This document shows, in pieces, positions 57,918 through 64,000 of a stretch of DNA of 64,000 nt. Each line of letters opens with the position of its first letter. Within the stretch, counting starts at the first letter, position 1. This DNA is from Cyanophora paradoxa CCMP329. Lineage: Eukaryota; Plantae; Glaucophyta. Position numbers and translations under genes: made by a program. The stretch spans positions 1-64,000 of the forward strand of contig QPMI01000182.1 of the NCBI GenBank assembly GCA_004431415.1, written 5' to 3'. Under the pieces are notes generated by a model, which was not told the DNA's origin, did no database searches, and worked only from the letters and a program-made list of their open reading frames with translations.

Positions 57918-60900
57918 AGCTCCCCGTCGGAGAGGCCCTTGTCCCATGCACGCTCAATGGGCAGGGCCCGGCAACGCGTGAGTTGCCGCACCTCTACGTC
58001 GAGCCGTCGCCGGAGTCCCCGCAAGCCTTGGGCGTACTCTGCCCTTACCAGCTGCATAATCACCCGGGAGACAAAATGTTTCACGTGCGGTTGTGCAATC
58101 CTGGCCGGCAGCCGGTAACCCTGCCGCTAGGATCGGTAGTAGCGGTCGCTTCGGCGGTCGCCCTACCGCCTGGTGATTTTGAGTACGAACCTGAGCAAAT
58201 GCCTTGTAGTGCAAGTGCATTGACAGACCTCTTGATTCGCCGGCTGCGAATCGTGCCTGCCAAACGCCGCACTGGGCTCCGCCACTTTAATAGAAAAGCA
58301 CGCATGCTTGGCGCGGCATATGAGCCCGCCAAAGACGTTGAGAAAATAATCTCCACCCTACGTTCTGTCGTAGATGAGGCGGAAAAGCAGCGCGCACTGT
58401 CTAGCGCAGCGCCTGCTGAGCCCGCCGACCCACCCCGCGCACCGCCCTACGACGTCGACGATATAGTCGTCACGTTTGGCGAGCTGCCCTTCGACACAGC
58501 CGACCGGCCGTTGCAGGACCTTGATGCTATGAGCATCATTAGCCTCGACGACGATGCTATGAGCACGTCGTCACGAAGCGCGTCCCCAACGCCGGCCCCG
58601 ATCACAGGCCCCTCGGTCGACGAGTTCGTCGCCGCAGTCGAGGCAGTGTCCGTCCCCAGAGACGCCACCCTGCGCTCGACCTTCCCCGGTCTCTCCGAAA
58701 AAGCGGAGCGCGACTTGCTCGATGCAGTCCGCGCCATGCGCGGCGACGTTACGGTCCGCAAGGCCGCACCGGTCGCCGACGCCGAGGCCCCACGCTTTCG
58801 GCCCGGCCCGATGCCCCACCCCCTACGACTGCAGCACCCGACGCGAAGCCCGCTGAGGCACCGCGGCCGGTGCCTAATGCAGAGGAGGAGTGGCAAGAGC
58901 TGCTGAAGAAGATTCCTGAGCTCGGCTCTCACCCGTCAATCACGACGGCGCAGAAAGCCGAACTTCACGCGCTCCTGCGGCGCTACAAGGATGTCTTCGC
59001 AGACAAGGTCGAGGCCAAAGAGGGCACCAGCAACCTGCTCTATTACGAGCACGTGATCAAACTCACGACTCGCCTTCCGGTGTTCACGCCTCCGCGGCGT
59101 ATGAACCCGCACGCCGAGGAACACGCCCGCAAGGAAATTCAGAAACTCCTTGAGCTTGGGCTGATCGAGCCCTCCCAAGCGGCATATGGCTCGCCGGTAG
59201 TGCTGGCCCCAAAAAGGACGGCACTTGGCGTTTCTGTGTCGACTATCGGAGGCTGAATCAGATCACCGAGCGGGACGTGTTTCCCCTACCCCGCATAGAC
59301 GACCAGCTCGAGCGCCTCCGCGGCTCGATGGTCTTCTCGACTGCTGACGCGACTGCCGGCTTCTGGCAGCTGCCTCTGCACCCCGGCTCCCGAGCCTACA
59401 CTGCATTTGTGGTCCCCTGGGGTCACTTTCAGTGGAAGGTTACGCCGTTTGGGGTCACGAACGGGCCCGCGGCATTCTCCCGCGCGATCACTGCGATCCT
59501 GGGCCCCTTGCTGACCACCTGCGTCGTCGCGTACATCGACGATATCACGGTCTTCTCACCGTCCATCGATCAGCACCTTCTAGACTTGAAGGCGCTCTTC
59601 GAGACGATCTCTAAGGCGAACACAGCCTCGCTTTCGGCCCGGCCCGATGCCCCACCCCCTACGACTGCAGCACCCGACGCGAAGCCCGCTGAGGCACCGC
59701 GGCCGGTGCCTAATGCAGAGGAGGAGTGGCAAGAGCTGCTGAAGAAGATTCCTGAGCTCGGCTCTCACCCGTCAATCACGACGGCGCAGAAAGCCGAACT
59801 TCACGCGCTCCTGCGGCGCTACAAGGATGTCTTCGCAGACAAGGTCGAGGCCAAAGAGGGCACCAGCAACCTGCTCTATTACGAGCACGTGATCAAACTC
59901 ACGACTCGCCTTCCGGTGTTCACGCCTCCGCGGCGTATGAACCCGCACGCCGAGGAACACGCCCGCAAGGAAATTCAGAAACTCCTTGAGCTTGGGCTGA
60001 TCGAGCCCTCCCAAGCGGCATATGGCTCGCCGGTAGTGCTGGCCCCCAAAAAGGACGGCACTTGGCGTTTCTGTGTCGACTATCGGAGGCTGAATCAGAT
60101 CACCGAGCGGGACGTGTTTCCCCTACCCCGCATAGACGACCAGCTCGAGCGCCTCCGCGGCTCGATGGTCTTCTCGACTGCTGACGCGACTGCCGGCTTC
60201 TGGCAGCTGCCTCTGCACCCCGGCTCCCGAGCCTACACTGCATTTGTGGTCCCCTGGGGTCACTTTCAGTGGAAGGTTACGCCGTTTGGGGTCACGAACG
60301 GGCCCGCGGCATTCTCCCGCGCGATCACTGCGATCCTGGGCCCCTTGCTGACCACCTGCGTCGTCGCGTACATCGACGATATCACGGTCTTCTCACCGTC
60401 CATCGATCAGCACCTTCTAGACTTGAAGGCGCTCTTCGAGACGATCTCTAAGGCGAACCTGCGCCTGAAGCCGTCGAAGTGCCGCTTCTGCGTGCCTGAA
60501 ATCGACCTTCTCGGCCACCGCATCTCCGCCGAAGGGATCCGCCAGGACCCTGCGAAGACCAAGGTGATCACGGACTGGCAGACGCCGAAGAACGCGGACG
60601 AGCTCCGCTCGTTCCTCGGCCTCGCCGGCTACTACCGCCGCTTTGTCGAGAACTTCTCCAAAGTGGTGCGCGCCATGCAGCGCCTTCTATTGAAGGACGC
60701 CGTCTGGAGTTGGCCAGAGGACGGCCCCGCCGACCGTGCCTTTAAGGAGCTGAAAGAACTCCTGGGCCGCGATATTATATTGCGGTTCCCGGACTTCTCG
60801 AAGCCCTTCATTCTCCAGACGGACGCCAGCACCTACGCTATCGGCGCGATTCTGAGCCAGGCCGACGACAAAGGCGTCGAGCGGCCGCTCGCGTTCATCA

Positions 60901-63900
60901 GCCGCACGCTGCTGCCGGCCGAAATGAACTACTCCGCCACGGAGCTGGAGTGCCTCGCGGTAGTCTGGGCCATTAAATATTGGCGCCACTACCTGCTGGG
61001 CGGCCCCCAGTTCCTGGTGCGGACTGACCACCACGCCCTCCAGTGGCTGAAGACGCTGGACCCGACGACGGGTCGCCTCGGTCGCTGGTCCCTGCTCTTG
61101 CAGGCCTACGACTTTGAGATCGTCTACCGCCCCGGCAAGCAGAATGGGGGTCCTGACGCGTGTTCGCGTCTCCCCAAGGACCACCCCGTCTGGCAGCCGG
61201 GCGGCGCTGACGGTTCCTCATCCAAACCTGCGGCCTACAAGGGCGCCGAGGGCTTCGGCATCCCGCAGCATGCTGTAGGGGCTGAACCTGAGGACCCTGA
61301 TGTGCCGTTGGGCATCTTCCGGATGCAGCTGGGCCCCACCGAGCGAGCCCTGCGCCAGCTCGCCAACTCCGCTGGCTTCCGCGCGGAAGCCCCGGCCGAG
61401 GGTGGACGGGCCGCCCGGCGCCGCGCGCCCCCGGCGGCGCCCGCGAGCGCTCCCTCTTCCCCGGCGGGCCGCTCCTCTTATGCAGAGGAGGAGTCGCGGC
61501 CCCCCGCGCCGACCAGCGCCCTCGAGGCGGAGCCCGGCGCCAGCGTCACTGAGGCGCCCGCACCTGAGCCGGGTAGTGAGGCTGGCGATGCCGCGGAAAC
61601 TGACTCCGACGCCGAGCCCCCGCCGCCAGGGCGCGCGCCGCGACGCCTGCCTCGCGAGCTCGCCAAGCTTGCTGCGTCGGCTGGGTTTGCTGAGGCCAAG
61701 TCCTCCGCCTCGGCTACCGACGCCGCCACGCGCAAACGAGCGCGTGCCGCCCCGGAGCGCTTCGCGCCTCCCGCGCCGGAGTCGGCCTCGCCGCCTCCGA
61801 AGCGACGGGGGCCGGGCCCAGCGCCCGCCGTCGAAGAGCGCGAGGCCCTCTCGGACGTGGAGATGCCTGAAGCCCCCGAGGGCGACCCGGGCGCCCCGGC
61901 CGCGCTGCTAGAGAGCGCCCACGCGGAGGCCGAGGCCTCGGTTGAGACCGATGACGAGCCGCCGTCAGAAGGGCCGGGCCCCTCTGACGCCTGCGACGCC
62001 GACGGCTTCCCCCTCGCTCTTGCGGAGCGAGTTCCGAAGCGTGCGGAGACCGGGCCCCGTCGGTGGGGCGCTAAGGGATTTGCTGAGCCGCGGCCCCTGC
62101 ACCCCGACGCGCTCTTCCCTCGCGGCCCCGCCTTGAGGCGGCAGCCCCGAGACGAGTACAACACGCGCCACTGGCGTTCCCCGGTCGACCCCTCGGATCG
62201 GCCGGTGCCGGTCCATATCGAGTGGGAGCCGGAGGACCCCGAGGGCGAGCCGCCTCCCGGGCCTCCGCGCCGGCGCTCACTCTCCCCAGAGACTGCCCGC
62301 CACCAGATCCGCGTCCGACCGGTCCCTCCGGACCCCAAGCCAGCGCCGCGGGCTCGGGGTCGACCCTCTGCCCACGGGCCGGCTTCCGACGACGCCGTCC
62401 CGCTCGAGCCCGAGACGGTTGCCGCCGAGACCGCTGCCCCACAGCGGTGGGTAGAACTCGACCCTAGAGGTCGGGACGTTCGCCCGCCATGCAAGCCGGT
62501 CTTCGTGGACACCGTCCTCGACGCGTGGGCCTGCGGACCCTCGCCAGCCGTCGACGGGGCGCTCCCCGACGCGCTGCGCCGTATGTTCCCCACCGAGAGG
62601 CGCGAGCGTCTGCTCGCTGCTCAGAAGGAGGATTCCTTCTGCAAGAAGCTTCTCGCCTTCCACGCAGAGGGCGAGAACCCAACCGTCTGCACCCGCGGCT
62701 TGAGGCGCGATGCAGACCCCTGCTCGCCCAGCTGCGCTCACTGCCTGCGGGCCAAGGAGCGCTTCGCACGCCTGGCCGGCGAGTTCAGCCTGGCCGACGA
62801 CGGCGTCATCGAGCGCAACCCCTTGGTCCCTGCCGGCCGGTTCCTGCCCGTCTTGCCGGACGCCTGGATCGACAGGGTACTCTACGCCTATCACGAGGGC
62901 TGGGCCCATCGAGGCGCGCCCGTGATAGCCCGTCGAGTCGCCCTGCGCTTCTGGTGGCCTGGCATGTACGCCTCCATCGCCCGCTTTGTGCGGTCGTGCC
63001 CGCACTGCCAGTTCGCGAAGGCTGCGAAGCCCCGCCGTACCGCCATTCAGGTGATACAGCCTTCGGGCAAAGGAGACCTATGGCAGGTGGATATCTTCCA
63101 CTTGGATATGCACGAAGACGGCTCGCGATACATCATCGCGTACGTCGACGCATACACCAAGTTCTGCTATATCTACCCGCTCTCCCGTATCTCCGGCGAG
63201 GCCTTGCTCGCCACCGCGATCGACTTCTATACGCACGAGGGCGTGCCCGCGCGCATCCTGACGGACCGCGGGTCCCAACTCGTTGGGGGCGCGTGGAACG
63301 CGTTCTTCAAGGAGAAGGGTACCCGGTTCGTGCACGCGGCCGCCTACCACCACGCCTCGAACGGCGGCGCCGAGCGCCTGGGCGGAGTCTACAAGACTCT
63401 CGCTTACGCCATGTGCCGTGAGCACAAGCGGCCGCTCTCTGACTGGCCTCTCTACAACGCCGATATCGTTCTCGCGTTGCGGACCACCGTGCACTCCGCC
63501 ACCGGGTTCTCCCCGATGGTCTTGCACCGCGGTTCTGAAGTGCACCTGCCCTGCGAAGTGCGCTTTGGAGCCGGCGTCCGCTTCGTGAACCCCGACCACA
63601 CGCACCCAGCCGACTACCTTCTCGCGATGACGCGAGCCGCCGCGAGCGCTGATGCCGCCTCGCGCGAGTACCGTCGGTTCTATCGGAACCGCATGGTTGC
63701 TCGCACCGGCAACCCGCCTCATCGTCGCCGCTTTGAGGTTGGCGACAAGGTATTGTGCTGGATGGGCGAACACAACAAAGGGCTGTACAATTCGTGGGTC
63801 GGGCCCTACACCGTGACTGGCGTTAACCCTGGCGGTTACACCTACACGGTCAAGGGATCGGCTAAGCCCTACTCCGCCAAGGACGACGCCCGTACCCGTC

Positions 63901-64000
63901 CCTTGCGCGAGACCGTTGCCCACATCGACTGCATGCTTCCGTTCCGCACGCGTCTCTCCGAGTCTCAAGCCCGCCCTCGCGTTGGTCGGCCTCGGAAGAC
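57864..64000 (+). CDS. pol: Pol polyprotein: RT (duplicated core), RNase H, long linker, integrase; open to the window end
   Basis: RT: YGSPVVLAPKKDGTWRFCVDYRRLN, TPFGVTNGPAAF, AYIDDITV, LRSFLGLAGYYRRF. RNase H: LQTDASTYAIGAIL, NYSATELECLAVVWA, VRTDHHAL, PDACSR. Integrase: HEGWAH...FWWPGM...CPHCQ, WQVD, ILTDRGSQL, SNGGAERL, WVGPYTV. Two single-C deletions at 58788-58791 and 59207-59210. The long frame from ~59.2 kb is missing from the ORF track because it has no stop in the window. Confidence 0.92.
58793..60458 (+). repeat. Tandem duplication of 830 bp covering the RT N-terminus through YIDD
   Basis: Copy 1 is 58793-59621, filler ACAGCCT is 59622-59628, copy 2 is 59629-60458. The only difference seen is one C (GGCCCCAAAAAGG vs GGCCCCCAAAAAGG). 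Confidence 0.95.

Larger units (their letters stand above)
46935..64000 (+). mobile_element. Giant Ty3/Gypsy (Metaviridae) LTR retrotransposon, >17 kb, continuing beyond the window
   Basis: Intronless coding region with domain order Gag zinc knuckle (49261-49302), aspartic protease (57537), RT (YIDD 59532 and 60369), RNase H (60800-61170), integrase (62890-63810). RT-RH-IN order is Gypsy. Composition changes sharply at TG 46935. Confidence 0.93.

Noticed and set aside
51855-59210. Multiple programmed frameshifts in the retrotransposon (51855, 52484, 55875, ~56175, 58788, 59207)
   Set aside because: All are single-base losses in G/C homopolymers without slippery heptamers, and the duplicate copy restores the base missing at 59207. 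They are most likely sequencing errors; only 57863 is retained as a candidate.
58793-60458. Diversity-generating retroelement TR/VR pair next to an RT
   Set aside because: The repeat is the RT gene itself, shows no adenine-specific mismatches, and the RT is Gypsy-type with RNase H and integrase.
1-64000. tRNA or rRNA genes
   Set aside because: No cloverleaf or rRNA-conserved blocks were recognised by eye; a tRNAscan/Infernal run would be needed to exclude them fully.

Overview
This is very GC-rich, intron-dense eukaryotic DNA. Introns are mostly about 60-120 nt, with donors G[T/C]NCGC, a CTGAC-like branch point and mostly CAG acceptors. The style resembles a GC-rich alga or protist such as the glaucophyte Cyanophora (inference only). 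Most ORFs in the supplied track are shadow ORFs, so genes were rebuilt by hand-splicing. Contents in order: (1) a receptor-type class III adenylyl cyclase on the minus strand, running off the window start; (2) a full-length SMCHD1/GMI1-like GHKL-ATPase + SMC-hinge gene (6.5-18.6 kb); (3) a lower-GC gene for a WD40/Ig-like/multi-TM membrane protein (18.9-27.8 kb, minus); (4) intergenic DNA packed with chains of overlapping 4-6 bp palindromes, plus a ~326 bp duplication; (5) a ~13 kb gene of roughly 50 exons for a signal-peptide/GPI-type surface protein; (6) a gene relic and a LINE RT fragment; (7) a giant (>17 kb) Ty3/Gypsy LTR retrotransposon with a huge Gag-to-protease polyprotein, a candidate -1 frameshift signal after the protease, and a tandem duplication of the RT core. 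The best candidate for an undescribed system is (5). It reads as a collage of 8-17 aa signature peptides from unrelated, mostly bacterial families (Hcp, VgrG, needle/flagellin-like C-terminus, HU, OmpA, thioredoxin, RRM, IPT/TIG, MopE-type DxDCDG, FG-GAP). All family assignments come from recalled motifs, not database searches.
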